From Octopus bimaculoides (Eukaryota), in contig NC_068990.1 of the NCBI RefSeq assembly GCF_001194135.2, positions 79,580,415 to 79,644,414 of the forward strand: DNA of 64,000 bases. The letters are read 5' to 3'. The first letter of the stretch is position 1. Each line of letters starts with the position of its first letter. Shown in pieces: positions 48,301 through 61,959 of this stretch. A model generated the notes under the pieces. That model was not told the origin of the DNA, made no database searches, and worked only from the letters and a program-made list of their open reading frames with translations. A program made the position numbers and the translations under genes.

Positions 48301-49894
48301 TCTTTGATGAAGGGATATGCAGGCCAGTAGGTGGGGCAATAAGCAGACTTCAAACTTACTTAAATAGTTTGTACAAGAACATACTCATTGAGTTGGGTAG
48401 AAAACTAGAATTGTTTAGGGGTCATGAGGAAGGACAGCTAGTCATAAAAACCACACCAAAGCAAACCTCACCAGTGCTGGTGCCACATAAAAAAAGCACC
48501 CAGTACACTCTGTAATGTGGTTGGTGTTAGGAAGGGCATCCAGCTGTAGAAACCATGCCAAAACATATAACTGGAGCTGGGTGCAGCCCTCCAGCCTTGC
48601 CAACACCTGCATGGAAAGTGGACATTAAATGGTGATGCATAATTCTTCTTCATTATTATTATTATTATTATAGCTAGAGCACATACAGTATATTATTATA
48701 GCTAAAGCATTGTTGTTCCTTAATACAGAGAAAGAGAGAGAGAGACGAGGTAGGCTGTTATTTTAAATCACATTGATAATAAACATCTGGCTGGAAGACA
48801 GCAGGACACACAGACAGACTAGACAATTATGGATCTAGTAGCTTTGATATTCTACTCTCCACAGATTTTTAAAGTGTGTCCTTTACATGAAGAGTGACAT
48901 AAATTTTAGTAGACAGATGTTGCTGTCTGTGGCCAGGAAGGTTTGGTGACTATGTTTTAAGAGGGAGCCACTGTGAGTGACCATTGCAGTAAAGGGTTCT
49001 CACCACCATAACATTAAATAAAAGAGTTCTTTACATTAAAGACAAATGTACCACCAGTATATTGCTGGTACTCATTTTATTGACAGCAGAAAAATGAAAA
49101 TATAATGAACTCCAGTGTGACCTGAACTAAATACTGACAAGTACTTCAGTCGGTGTTTAATTATTCATGTCACCAGCTATCATAATAATAACAATGCTTT
49201 CAAATTTTAGCACAAGGCCAGCAATTTCGGGGATGGGGTAAGTCGATGTAATCAACCACAGTGCTCAACTGGTACTTATTTTATCGACCCCCAAAAGGAT
49301 GAAAGACAATGTTGACCTCAGCGGAATTTGAAGACAGACGAAATTCTGCGAAACATTTTGCCTGGTGTGCTAACGGTTCTGCCAGCTCACACCCTTAATT
49401 AATAATAACAATTGTTTCAGACACAAAGTCTCCCAGAAAGGGGGGGTAAATCAACCCCAATACTTGACTTGTACTTTACTTTCTTTTCTACTCTTGGCAC
49501 AAGGCCCAAAATTTTTTGGTGAGGGAACCAGTCGATTAGATTGATCCCAGTATGCAACTGGTATTTATTTTATTGACCCTGAAAGGATGAAAGGCAAAGT
49601 CAACCTCAGCACAATTTGAACTCAGAATGTAAAGATGGATGAAATACCGCTGAGCATTTCGCCTGGTGTGCCTCTACTTTGTCTCCATACTTTCAGGGTA
49701 AGGTGGCTAATAGTGGTGAGAAGAAGAAAAAGTCAATGTAGTAGAACTGGGGTGGGAGAGAGTGTGAGGAAGAGGGAGAAATAAGAGAGTGTATGAGGAG
49801 GAGGAAGGAGAAAAGGGTGGGGTGACAGTGTTAGAGAATTATTAAGAGAGGCCAAGCATATTATTTACATTAGATTCACTCCATAATTGCACAT

Positions 49895-50157
49895 GGGCAT
49901 ATGGCATAGTGGTTAAGAGCATGGGCTACAAACCTCAAGATTCCGAGTTCGATTCCAAGCAGTGACCTGAACAATGATAATAATAATCATAACATCGAAA
50001 AATACCTTAGGAATGAGAACCCAGGTTCGAAATTTCCCCAAGACACCTGATGAAGTCTGGAGGATATATCAGCTGAAACGTTGTGTTAACAACAAACAAG
50101 ACGAGGACAAATATCCATCAAATGTGCATAATTCCTCATCTCTTAAATATGGAACTG
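49895..50157 (+). mobile_element. tRNA-Arg-derived SINE carrying a hammerhead motif, solo copy
   Basis: Head gggcatatggcatagtggttaag..gagttcgattcc closely parallels tRNA-Arg(ACG); (AAT)-rich linker; body matches both arms at 34.6-35.1 kb. Confidence 0.8.
50042..50087 (+). ncRNA. Minimal type I hammerhead ribozyme motif (GUU triplet)
   Basis: GACAC-CUGAUGA-A-GUCUG(GAGGAUAUAU)CAGCU-GAAAC-GUU-GUGUU; stem II has one mismatch and one wobble in this copy. Confidence 0.65.
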
Positions 50158-53100
50158 AACAGAGGCCAAGTAGTTGAGAAGATGGTGGATGTCAATAAAA
50201 GAGTGAACTGATTGATGGCAGGTAACACAGGAAGGTAAATTAGGAGGGACACCAGATAGCAATGGATCCAATTCGGTGACTCATTAGTCCAGCATTGCAA
50301 TGGGTGGGGTGGGGTCATAACGTCCACTTTCCATGCTGACATGGGTTGGATGGTTTGACTGGAACTGGTAAGCTGAAGAGCTGCACCTGGTTCCAGTCTG
50401 ATTTAGCATGGTCTCTACGGCTGGAAACCATGCCAAATCAGACTGGAACCTGGTGCAGCTCACCAAACACTCCAAGAGTCTAAAGAGTACTTTTACATGC
50501 CACCAGCACGGGTGCCATTTACATGGCACTAGCAATGGCCACAACTATGGTTTCACTTGGCTTGACGAGTCTTCTCAAGCACAGCATATTGCTAAAGGTC
50601 TCGGTCATTTGTCATTGCTTCCATGAGGCCTAACATTTAAAGATCATGCTACTGGAAATGGTCAGTGGAAGACAAACACTAACAAATCAAAGATCATCAT
50701 CATCAATCTAACATCTACCTTTCATTGCATGTACAGGATAGACAGAGTTTTCTATGGTCAGATGCTCTTCCTGTCATTAACCCTCACCAGCAAGGTAATA
50801 ATCCCTCAAGCCATCAAACAGCCCAAACATGCTCTTGTGGAGGACCTCATACAAATGACACCTTTTGTTTTTTTTACAATTAGTGTGCAACACATCAAAA
50901 AGCTCAGGCACGCTTTCTTACTATAAGTATATACAATAATATATACACTGCTGTGTATATATTATTGCATATACTAATATATATCCCCTCATACATTCAA
51001 TACACTGACAACACTTGCAGCCTAACATCCAGAGGTGAAACAAGATATTGCTCTGAATGTAGAGAAGGCAAACTTTCAATGACAGCCACGTCATCTATAT
51101 TAACGATATCCAGAACCAGACATATTTCAACAATGGTTAATGAGTGTAACCAATTAGCTCAACTTCCAATATTCATCTATTTAATATGGCGGGATTTGAA
51201 CTCAGATCATAAAGATATGCAACTAAATTCCAACCTATTCTAATGGTTCACCTAAATTAATTAAAATTATCTTTTCATAAAACTTTAGATTTATAAGGTG
51301 CAAGAAAATGTACAGATTTTAAGGCGACAGGAAGTTATAATATTCCCATCTTCCTCAAGAACAGTAATGAAATGAATAAACAGGAAAATTGGCAACATCT
51401 GGCACCTGGCAGTGAAAACTGGGTCATAGCTGTAGTCACAAGTACTTTCCCATGTCAGGATTTTCTCACAGATATCTTCCAAATAATTTCATGGACGTTA
51501 ATTCAGTATTGAACCTCCCACACTCGGTTTTACAGAACTTCACCTGCTACAAGAACAGAGGAAATGTAATGACACAAGAGAAAATCAAGTTGATGGAACA
51601 GGTTATCAAAGTTACAGGGTCAGGGCACAAGAATTATCCTCAATGAGACACAATTCAGTTTTGTGTAGACAAGACAAACTACCAATATCTTCCTCCACAT
51701 GAGACAACTGCAAGAGAAGCACTTAGCTGACAAGAGCCATAATGCAGCTGTCTCCAATGCCTCAAATCAAGAGAAGAGGGTACATAATGGTAGAGGGCCC
51801 GTTGACACAGTTCTCCCAGGGTTGCTGGGCATGCACTGCCCTCTTCTCGATGCATACAACTTGCCCATGATATCTTCAGATTCCTCACATCTCAGACACC
51901 GAACTTCACTAACTTCAGCTGCCGAATAACAACCTGCTGAATGAATTTCATCATCATGACAATATCAAACCACTGAGAAAGTTTCTTTCTCTTGTTGATG
52001 GATCACCTGTCATTCTCAACAATGGCACAAAGTAGCCATGTTGAAAAAAAAAACAAAAAAACTGGTAATTTCTCCAAGTCACTGAGGCTGGTAGTTTTTA
52101 CTTAAAAGCATCTGTGACATAAATCACCATCTAATGCCTAAGACATAAAACTTCCATAACATGTGCTAACTTTTTTCATTTGTACACCTACCTGTGAGTG
52201 TGTGTGTGTACATACAGAACTAGATCTACTGGAGACTTGCATAGAGTACGACAAGAATATATTCTTCCAGCCAGTTGAGGAATGGTAGTTTGGGAGTGAT
52301 TAATGCTAACCACTAACTGTGTGTCATTTTTGAATGTCAAGTGACTTTGGTTGGCAATAAACTGACGCAAGGTTCTGGTAGGGAAGTAAAACGGCAGAGA
52401 AATAGTTTTGACAAACAGGAAAATTAGGTTTTCTGATAGTCATGTATGTTAAGTTATTCCTGTAATATCATTCATTAGACATACACATACATTTATATAT
52501 ACATACACACATGGTGTGTGTGTATGTGTGTGCATTCTTATTCTTTCTTTTCTTTTTGCTTGTTTCAGTCAGTTGACTGCGGCCATGCTGGAGCACCACC
52601 TTTAGTCAAGCAAATCGGCCCTGGGACGTATTCTTTGTAATTGCAGCCAATAACTCGGGCTCATTCATTTTCATTCAGCGTCTAGTAGTCATCTTAGAGG
52701 TGCCCTGTTTCAAAAAATATCATTCGTAGCAGACGTTCTCTCGACATCATTCACACAGACCTGACTCGGGCTCAGAAGTTACAACCCGAGTTCTTATCTA
52801 TAATCGTAAAAATTAAAAGTAATTCAAATTCAATGTTTTCTTGAAACAATAAATTTCTATAGAGATCAGGATTTAAATTCCAATCTACGAAAAGTTTCCG
52901 TTCTACAATATTCTTAAAGGAACGAAAAATTATCCAGCAACTCGGGCTAATACGAACGAGCCTGGTAGGTGTAAAAGACCGACTGGCAACTCTTGTCAAG
53001 AGTACAGGCGACAGTCACATCGCTGATGTTTGTTATGCAATCCGCTGTCGTTATTTGAATGCTGTTATTCTGTACGTCTGCGTGTAAAGATCAGTTGTGT

Positions 53101-55057
53101 CTTGCAGGGTTGTGTTATTTTTTACTCTTAACTTAGAAATGGAGAAAGACATAAAAATTAAGCCATTTGGGGCTAGAACTATTGCGGAAAAACGTGAAAT
53201 TCTTCGAGCAGGCATACGTCTTATGCGAAATTTGTGATGAACCCGAGTGACGCTGATGACCTGGAGTCGCCTCTAATATATATACATATATATAAAGTCG
53301 GAAATTACACACACTCGTGGACATATTTGTACATACACACTACGCATGTGTATATAAACATATATACTCACAGGTCCCCACACCTAATTGACTAATGCAA
53401 TCAGTTTAATATTAATACAGTTTCATTATATATTTATGTAGTGTAATGAAGCCTTAGGTTTTCATACATTTCCAAACAATCGAACGAATACATAATAAAC
53501 ACACCCAATATCCAGACACACGGCCAGGTTAATAGATATTATCAGCAGTTGGGTGGCGAAAAACACAACTGTTGCCCTTCGTAGAGTAAAGCCTATTCCA
53601 TTCATATATGCGTGTCCATGTGTGACACACATACACGTACACATAGACAGATATTTACTGGATCTGAAGGAAAATAATAGAGAAACGTGGCCACCAGGAT
53701 TCTGGGGTGAAGGAGAGAAAGAAGGGAGAGAAAAAAAGAGAAGTGAATGAAAATATCGTAAATTCACTGCAATAAATGGCTTTATTATGGCTGAATGGAT
53801 ATGAATGTAAATGTGTATGTTTGTGTGCATGTATGCCTGTGTAAATGTGTGTCTGTGGGCGTGAGACGTGTGTTTGAAAGAGTAATAAGTGGAAAATGGG
53901 ACACTGCGTGTGTCTTGTCGAATGAATGATATAATGCGTATGTGTGTGTGAGAGGAAAATGTTTATTAAATCAACAACGTTGACAATCTTTGCTCAACTT
54001 TCCGTCCTCACTCAGATGGGGGAATAAAACTAACTCTGTATCTCTATTTAACATCAAAATCGTGTATATAGAAAGTGCTGTAGCAGTCGCCCTCCCATAT
54101 AGCAAATGTGAAAAAGAAATTATATATAAAATCAATTTACTGCTTTTACGACTAGGTCGAGTCTTTCTAATTTAACAGTATTGACTATATAAATATAAAC
54201 ACACACATATACACGTGTGTGTGTGTGTGTGTAATGTATATGTAAACGGTAGCAATTGTATCTGGGAGAAAAGCAATAAAGTAAAGCCACCAATTTAAAC
54301 ATCAGAGACTAATGTGGGTGGAACAATCCAGACAAAGGGAAACTGAGGAGGGAACTAAAACAAAACAATTGATGTAAAGAAAAAAAGTTCTTAAACGAAA
54401 CATGTAACGAAATGCATATACTTGTGTAAGACTGCCAGGTAGAAAAGCTGAAACAAGGCTCTATAAATATAAAATCTGGGCCTTAAATATTAAATACAAG
54501 AATAACCGACGAACCCTCTCCGCTGTGCTCGATCTACTAGAAATAGCTGTTAAATGTCCCTCAAATAAAACCCTACCTTTAAAAGAATTGATATATTAGA
54601 TAATGTGGTCGTAGATGTATATTTCCTGGGATGGGGGATGGATATATGGCTTGGATGTTTTTGGCTAATGTTTGCTTCATCAGGGGGCAAACGTGTTGAG
54701 GTATTTTAAATGCCGAATATGAAGAATTTTAAGACACCTGCAACGGGATGGCCAAGGAACTGGCACAGAACACACACGCACAGAGTGGAGATGCCTAATG
54801 TAGTATGTCGGAGTACGCAATGTCAGGATGGCCATAGCTGGAGCGCTATCGATTAAAGCTGACCCAGTTAAACAAGTGTATACGCAACACCAGAGGAGGA
54901 GGACGACCGCAATATTTGAGGCAGTGAATGTTTAATAGACTAGAAGTCCTCCGAGAGCAAACTTTATACCATAACAACAGCAAATCTGTCCCACTGAGAG
55001 ACCCCACCACCACCTCCAATACACTGCATACTAACAGCAAATATTTGTGAGTGTATG

Positions 55058-55089
<32 letters not shown>

Positions 55090-58008
55090 ATGTTAATGTG
55101 GGTATAAAGATTTAATGCTATGAGTATGGAAATTCTTAATTAGAAATACTTGTGTTGGTGTATTTATTTCTAAATATACGTGTTAATATACGAATATATA
55201 TGTATTAATTTGTAATTATGTGTGTGTGTGTGTGTGAACTTTTGAATATAAGTATTTATAAATGTGAGTTTCTTTGTAAATATATGTGCGTTTATTTCTA
55301 AATGCGTGTGTGAATGCAACACAAAAATGAGAAAAGACTTAAAACGAAAACAATTTCTTCCTGAAAAACTAAGTCGACATATGTTGGAATAAAGAGAATA
55401 TGGTGTGGTGCCCACAGCTTTCTCAAGAATATTTAGTAGAATAGGTGCAGGCGTGGCTGTGTGGTAAGAAGATTGCTTCCCGCCGCATGGTTCCAAGTTC
55501 AGTCCCACTGCGTGACACCTTGGGCAAGTGTCTTCTACTATAGCTTCAGGCCGACTAAAGCCTTGAGTGGATTTGGTAGACGGAGACTGAAAGAAGCGTG
55601 TCCATCACCGCTTGACAACCGGTGTTGGTGTGTTTACGTCTTCATGACTTAGGAGTTCGACAAAAAGTTAGAACAAGTACTAGGCTTTAAAGTCCTAGTG
55701 TCGATTTGTTCGACTAAAACCCTTCAAGGCAGTGCTCCAGCATGGCCGCAATCAACTGACGGAAACATGTAAAATAATAATTGGTCGTTTATTTTCTGTT
55801 ACATTGGTTCAAGCCAGAAATACCATCAGACTGAGTATAGAGAGCAAGTTGTGCCCACGAGAGGGCCTCGACGTGGTCGTTTGATCCGTTGGAAATAGCA
55901 GACACATCTCCCTTAAATTACATCCTACAGTCTTTAAAGAAAAAAACACACAGGACTAGGTCGTCCTAAATAGTCCTGGAATTACGGTATGGTCACGGTT
56001 AGAATGTTTTTGCTGGATCAGGTATAACTCGGGATTAAATAAATAAAGCTTAAGTTTTGCCGTGAACTCTGTACCAACCAACCCCACACGACATTTATAT
56101 AAAAATGTTTTTGAAGGAAATGGTTTAGAAAGATTTCAAATTTAGGCACAAAGCCAGTAATTTCGGGGTACAGCGTAAGTCAATTACATTGTTCCCAGTG
56201 CTCAAATTGTACTTATTTTATCGATCTCGAAAGATTGGAAGGCAAAGTTGACCTCAGCGGAATTTGAACTAATAACATAAAGACGGACGAAATGCCGCTA
56301 AGCATTTTGCCTGGTGTACTAAACCCTTCTGCCAGCTCGCCGCTCTAGAATGGTGTTATGATGCTAACAGGAATGTTGACCCTAATGTTTGACAATCCCA
56401 GAATTCCACAAATAGAGGACGGTGGTAAATAAAGCACAATTTCTAACACTACAACCGTTTGAATTGAAACGATTAAGACATGTTAAACCTTAAAACTTGC
56501 AGTTATTGAAGATATCCAATTAACAAATCTTCGGCACTTTTATTTCTTTTTAAAAGACAGACACCGAGGAAAGAGGTCAACTGTTGTGTAAGAGAGATAG
56601 TGCGAATTAGATCGAGTTTAAATTACGTAAAAAGGAAAGTGTTCTTGTAAGGTGGCCTTGCAGCGATATCAGACACAAATGTAACTAGAAGCGACAGGAA
56701 GGGCTGTGTTGAAAGGAGAGAGGGTAAATTGAAGAGTCTGTGACAGAAGTTGTTATTGAAAGAGTGCATAATATTATAAATAATAAGACTGGGATGTCTG
56801 AGTGAGGGAAGGGCTGTTCCCAAGAAGTTGGGTGTAACTGCTAAACTCTCTAAGTGATCAAGCACGTATTCCTCATCAAGTCTTGACCCAGGTCAAAAGT
56901 TCTGTAATCTCTCACAACTAATAAGTTTTCTCACTGGTAAGTCATCTGTATAGTTTTTAGATTCCTTAATATTGGTGACCATGCTGTTATTCAGGAAGTC
57001 AGAAGTAAGAATGTAAAAAGCAACCGCTCCAATATGGTTGGTTATTTCTAGTAGGTTGGCTTCCTGAATGTTTTTCTCTCTTTACCAGCGAACGGACGAG
57101 AATATTTAATTAAAGGGGTCAAATTACATGTTGTGGACAGAAGAGGGAATTAATTTCGACCAAGCCTGGACTAATAATTGTATAACACCAAAGAAATAGA
57201 CTTAAATTAATACAAAGCAGTATCTTACTGGTACCTCTTATGGGTAAACGAAAACCCTTTCTCGTGTTATATTCGAAACAAATATGCAACCATAAGGAAC
57301 GAGCTGCTAGAAATAGCAGGCGATTCTCCCTCGAATTACATCCTGCTATTAAAAAAAAATGGGTTGATGGGAGGGTACGTTGGATGCTGCAATCCTGGTT
57401 ACGTTATATGAGAAAAAAGATGAAATGGTCACAGCTGGAACGTCTTTCATCACAGATGTAAAGATGAGAGGGGTGATGGACACTGAAACTACTACTACTG
57501 CCAGACACAGATGCAGAGACAAGACAAATCATGAGAAAAATACGAGAGAAATAAATATAAGAAGAGAGATAGAGATAAACAAGGACAGATAGAAATGGAC
57601 ATCAACATGGAAACAGACATGACCGTAACATACATACACGCATATACAAAGATAAACAAACATGCACACATACATACACATGTATGTATGTATATATATA
57701 TACATATACACACATGTAAAAGATGTGGTTGTTGTTAGGATATGTGCAGACAGTCCGACAAAGACAAAAAGATATACGAGCAAGGATATATAGCAAGAGA
57801 GAGATATGATTAGGTACATAGGATGTTAGGAGACAAATAAATATAGGGTAGCGAGATACATTCATAATTAGCAAGACAGACAGAGAGACATATAGGAAAT
57901 TCCCTCCATAAACAAAATAAAATTTAAAAAAAAAAGAGCTACGACCTAATATTTTCCTTCAGACTTAAATATTATTGCAGACGGACTTTTGTGCATGTAT
58001 GCATGCAC

Positions 58009-58044
<36 letters not shown>

Positions 58045-58049
58045 AGTGA

Positions 58050-58400
58050 AGTGCGTGCGTGTGTGTGAGGTGGCGCGCTCAATGTGGCCGAGCAGAGACG
58101 GAGGTTGTTTAATTGAAGTAAAGCCAAACCAAATAAACAGAGGAATGTTGTCAGATTACTGACTACAGGTGAACTACTTACCAATGCCTATGGTACTGCT
58201 GTTGTTCCTCTATGTTATGATTGTTGTTGTTGCCAGTATTAACCACTTGTTCCAACAGTGGTAACAACGTTAGTTGAAGAACAGATATCAAACGGAACCG
58301 GAAATACCACAATGTTTTCACTCTCTAGTCACGGAAAAGGAATTTTTTATTACTGGAAAGCGCCATGTTGAAATGTTGAGTGTTTTCTCAAGGAGCAATA
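58050..58400. promoter_or_regulatory. Candidate promoter and minus-strand first exon
   Basis: CpG-retaining unique sequence with an ETS-like CCGGAAAT, a YY1-like GCGCCATGTT, and a minus-strand donor TG|GTAAGT at 58181. Confidence 0.45.
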
Positions 58401-59821
58401 AAATAAATAACGGACAAATAACATTTGGTTGACATATATGTATATATATATGTATATATATATATATGTGTGCGTAACCATAATTGTCTCTCTATATTTC
58501 TTTATGCGTGTGAATATATGTTTACACATTTTTATGTGTATATAACCATAATTCTCTCTCTTTCCAAATAGATAGATAGATCAATAGATATGTGTGTAAA
58601 TGAATATGAATTCCCCTTAGTTTCATTTTAATTATCAAATCCTAACGTGGTTAACTTCCCTTTTGTTTCTTTTCATCCACCCGAATTTGGATGAATGGTG
58701 GGGGNNNNNNNNNNTGAATTCAGTCTATAGTCAAGAGTTGAAATCAATGGTTACATGTGTACCAAATACTTAATTATATAACATTTTCAGGCGTGGTTGT
58801 GTGGTAAGATGCTTGCCACCAACCACATGGTCCCAGATTCAGTCCCACTTCATGGCACCATGGGCAAGTGTCTTCTACTATAGCCTTGGGCCTACCAAGG
58901 CCATGAAAGTGGATTTGGTAGGTGGAAACTGAAAGAAGCCTGTCGTGCATAATATATATATGTATATATATATATATATGTGTGTATGTGTGTTCTATTC
59001 TTTCGTTTGTCATTTCACTGTGGTCATACTGAAGCACCAACCTTAAAAGGTGTTTTAGTTAGAGAAATTGACAACAAGACTTATTCTTTGTGACCTTAGT
59101 ACTTATTCTCTTGATTCATTTTGCCGAACCGCTAAGTTATGGAGACATAAACACACCAACATAGGTTGTCAAGTGATGGGGGTGGGGACAAACAAAGACA
59201 CATAAATATATATATATATATATATCGTCAGTAAAACATAAATCCCAAAATGAAGCACACTAAGTAATAGAGCAATATATTATATAGATAAAGTAATATG
59301 CAATCTTCAGGTTCATGTAGTTGTGGTGACAGTTATATTTTACAATTTACAACTGTTTAATGCATGAAACTAATAGTTCAATCAGAATGAACATTTAATA
59401 TTCTATCATTTCATTGCATTATATTATTGTAAGATTGTAAATAAAATGTGAAAATCAAAGTTATANNNNNNNNNNNNNNNNNNNNNNNNNNNNNNNNNNN
59501 NNNNNNNNNNNNNNNNNNNNNNNNNNNNNNNNNNNNNNNNNNNNNNNNNNNNNNATATATGCATGTATATATATGTATACATACACACAGACATAGGGAA
59601 ACAGACAAATTGATTAAAAAATTGCATGCAGGTGGGGGAGGATGGGGGTTGTTGCAGTGGCAGCAGCATAAGATGTGTGTGTTTGGCATTGGCTGAATTG
59701 CATGTTTTGTCTCATGTAAATGAGTGAAATTGCAGTTACTATGTATGCATAGTCTCTTGCATTAAGAAAACTGGCATATTTTGGGGGTATCATGCATTTA
59801 TAAATTTTACTTTATTTACAG

Positions 59822-59848
59822 TTGGCAGATTTATCACAGAGCTGTGAG
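59822..59848 (+). other. Candidate 27-nt micro-exon
   Basis: ttttactttatttacag | 27 nt | GTAAAC; no partner exon identified. Confidence 0.3.
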
Positions 59849-60539
59849 GTAAACATTTAAATTGAGGTAGACAGTGGTGGGAATGAAGGTGTGCTAGTAG
59901 TAGTGGTGATGGTTGTATCAGTAGAATATTATGGCAATGATGATGATGATGATGGGTCAGTTGTAGTATTCAGAGAAAATGAGGAATGTGGATAACTGGA
60001 CAGTGAAGGGCTTTTCATTGCGGAGTTTAATAGGTCGTCAATTGTGCTAGTTTTGAGGAGTGACTGTTACTGTTGGTCATACTGTTGTTGTTGTCGTTGC
60101 TGCTGTTGCTATTTATACATACTTTAAAGACATTGATGATGTTTTAGTTCGGTAGTATATCCTTCTAGAGAATTCCTTTGGGAATTTTATGACCAGCTTC
60201 ACCAGATAACATTTTGGACTTTTTATTTATTTCTTTTTGTTTTGAGAAGGAACCTAACTTTAAGCAACTTTTTTCAGATCAATTTTTAGACACTATTTTC
60301 CAAACCTGGCAAAGTATGTAGGGTGTGTGCTTGCACTGCCTGCACCCCCTGTTCCTGGGCAAGGATACTAAAGGAATCCTTCAACCCAGGGAATATCCTT
60401 AACTCCAGAACAGAGATTTTCAGATCATGCTTGTACTTAAGGCAATTCCTTCTGGTCTACTGGGACCCACACAATAACAGGGTCATTTATAATTGACAAC
60501 GAAAGGGAGACAATCCCCTGTTGTTGACAATAACAAAGT

Positions 60540-60640
60540 GTTTTCCTCCTCCATTTTCTAGAAAACCAAACTATTGGACTTGGCATTTGTTGACCTAAAG
60601 AAAGCCTTTGACAGAGTCCTTCACTCTGTGATATGGTAGT
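60540..60640 (+). mobile_element. RTE LINE RT fragment
   Basis: LAFVDLKKAFDRVLHSVIW*. Confidence 0.75.
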
Positions 60641-61182
60641 CATCATCATCATCATCATCATCATAATCATCACTTAATGTCCACCTTCCATGCATGCATG
60701 GGTAGGACAGTTGACAGGAGCTGGCCAGCAAAAAAACTACCCAAGGCTTCTGTCTCTGTTTTGGCAGAGATTTTACGGCTGGATGCCCTTCCTATCACCA
60801 ACCACTCTGTAGAGTGGACTCGGTGCTTTTTATGTGGCAGCTGAGGTTAGTTTTAGCAAGATTTTTACAGCTGGATGCTCTTCCAAATGCCAACCATGTT
60901 ACAGTGTGGACTGGATGCTTTTAACATGGCACCAGCACTGGCAGGGTCACCAAGTAACTCACAATACAAGGAATTATGAAAGAGACAGGGCATTTGAGGA
61001 GGGGAACTTGTGCCAGAGGATGAAAGGTTAGAGTGTGACAAAGAGACAGAAGCAGGTGTCTTGCCACAAGAGAGGGGGCATTAGAGGAGGTGATCCAGTA
61101 TCAGATGATGAAAGGTTAGAATATAACAGGGAAATAAGGAGGCAGAAATAGGTGCCTTGCTATAAGAAGAGGTACATGGTTA

Positions 61183-61510
61183 AGAGAGAGAGAGACAGAC
61201 AGACAGAAGAAGAGAGAGAGACAGACAGAAGAAGAGGGAGGGAGAGAGAGAGAGACAGACAGACAGAAGAAGAGAGAGACAGACAGAAGAAGAGAGAGAG
61301 ACAGACAGACAGACAGAAGAAGAGGGAGAGGGAGAGACAGACAGACAGACAGAAGAAGAGGGAGAGGGAGAGACAGACAGACAGACAGAAGAAGAGGGAG
61401 AGAGAGAGACAGACAGACAGAAGAAGAGGGAGAGGGAGAGACAGACAGACAGACAGAAGAAGAGGGAGAGAGAGAGAGACAGACAGACAGAAGAAGAGGG
61501 AGAGAGAGAA
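61183..61510. repeat. Compound (GA)n/(GACA)n/GAAGAAGAGG microsatellite
   Basis: Visible ~30-34-bp higher-order units. Confidence 0.9.
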
Positions 61511-61959
61511 AAGAGAGGTACAAGAAAGAGGCCAGAAACGAGTGTTCTGAATGTAAAGGAGATACTTAGTTGCCTAGTCAGAGGAAAGACAAGAGAGAGA
61601 AAGAGAGGGAGAGAGAGTAGGAAATAACAACAGTATAAGAGAGAGCAGAAGAGAGACAGTGTAGTGCTAGGGTATACTCACAAGAATAACAAGAATAACC
61701 TGGTTTGAAAAATAGGGAATGGGTGTGGTGGTAAGCGGAGGGGGATGGGTAGCAGTGATCAGGGCAGTGAGGGCGAAGAAAGGGGATTGGAAAACAGTTA
61801 TAATGTATGTGGAGGAAATGTAAAGAAGAGAAAGATGCTGTTAGAAGAGGAGGTGTAGTTTGATTTTTTAGGGTAGAGTGAGTGGGACACAACTCTCCTA
61901 GCACTCAGTTTCGTGGTAGTCTCTGAGGAAATTAAGGGTAGATAAACAGCTTGTGAAAA

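Noticed and set aside
51360-52050. Unique, balanced-composition island with short ORFs
   Set aside because: All frames are interrupted and no recognisable motif was found; it may be UTR or regulatory but cannot be supported.
54650-54700. Minus-strand CTGATGA with a short stem
   Set aside because: The GAAA half-core is absent, and it lies in a different SINE-like repeat.
56600-56900. Possible CR1/L2-type LINE 3' remnant (LPSLRH..)
   Set aside because: Resemblance is too faint to list as a feature without an alignment.
61116-61550. Charged RERERDRQ and hydrophobic LSLSL ORFs
   Set aside because: Translations of a compound microsatellite.
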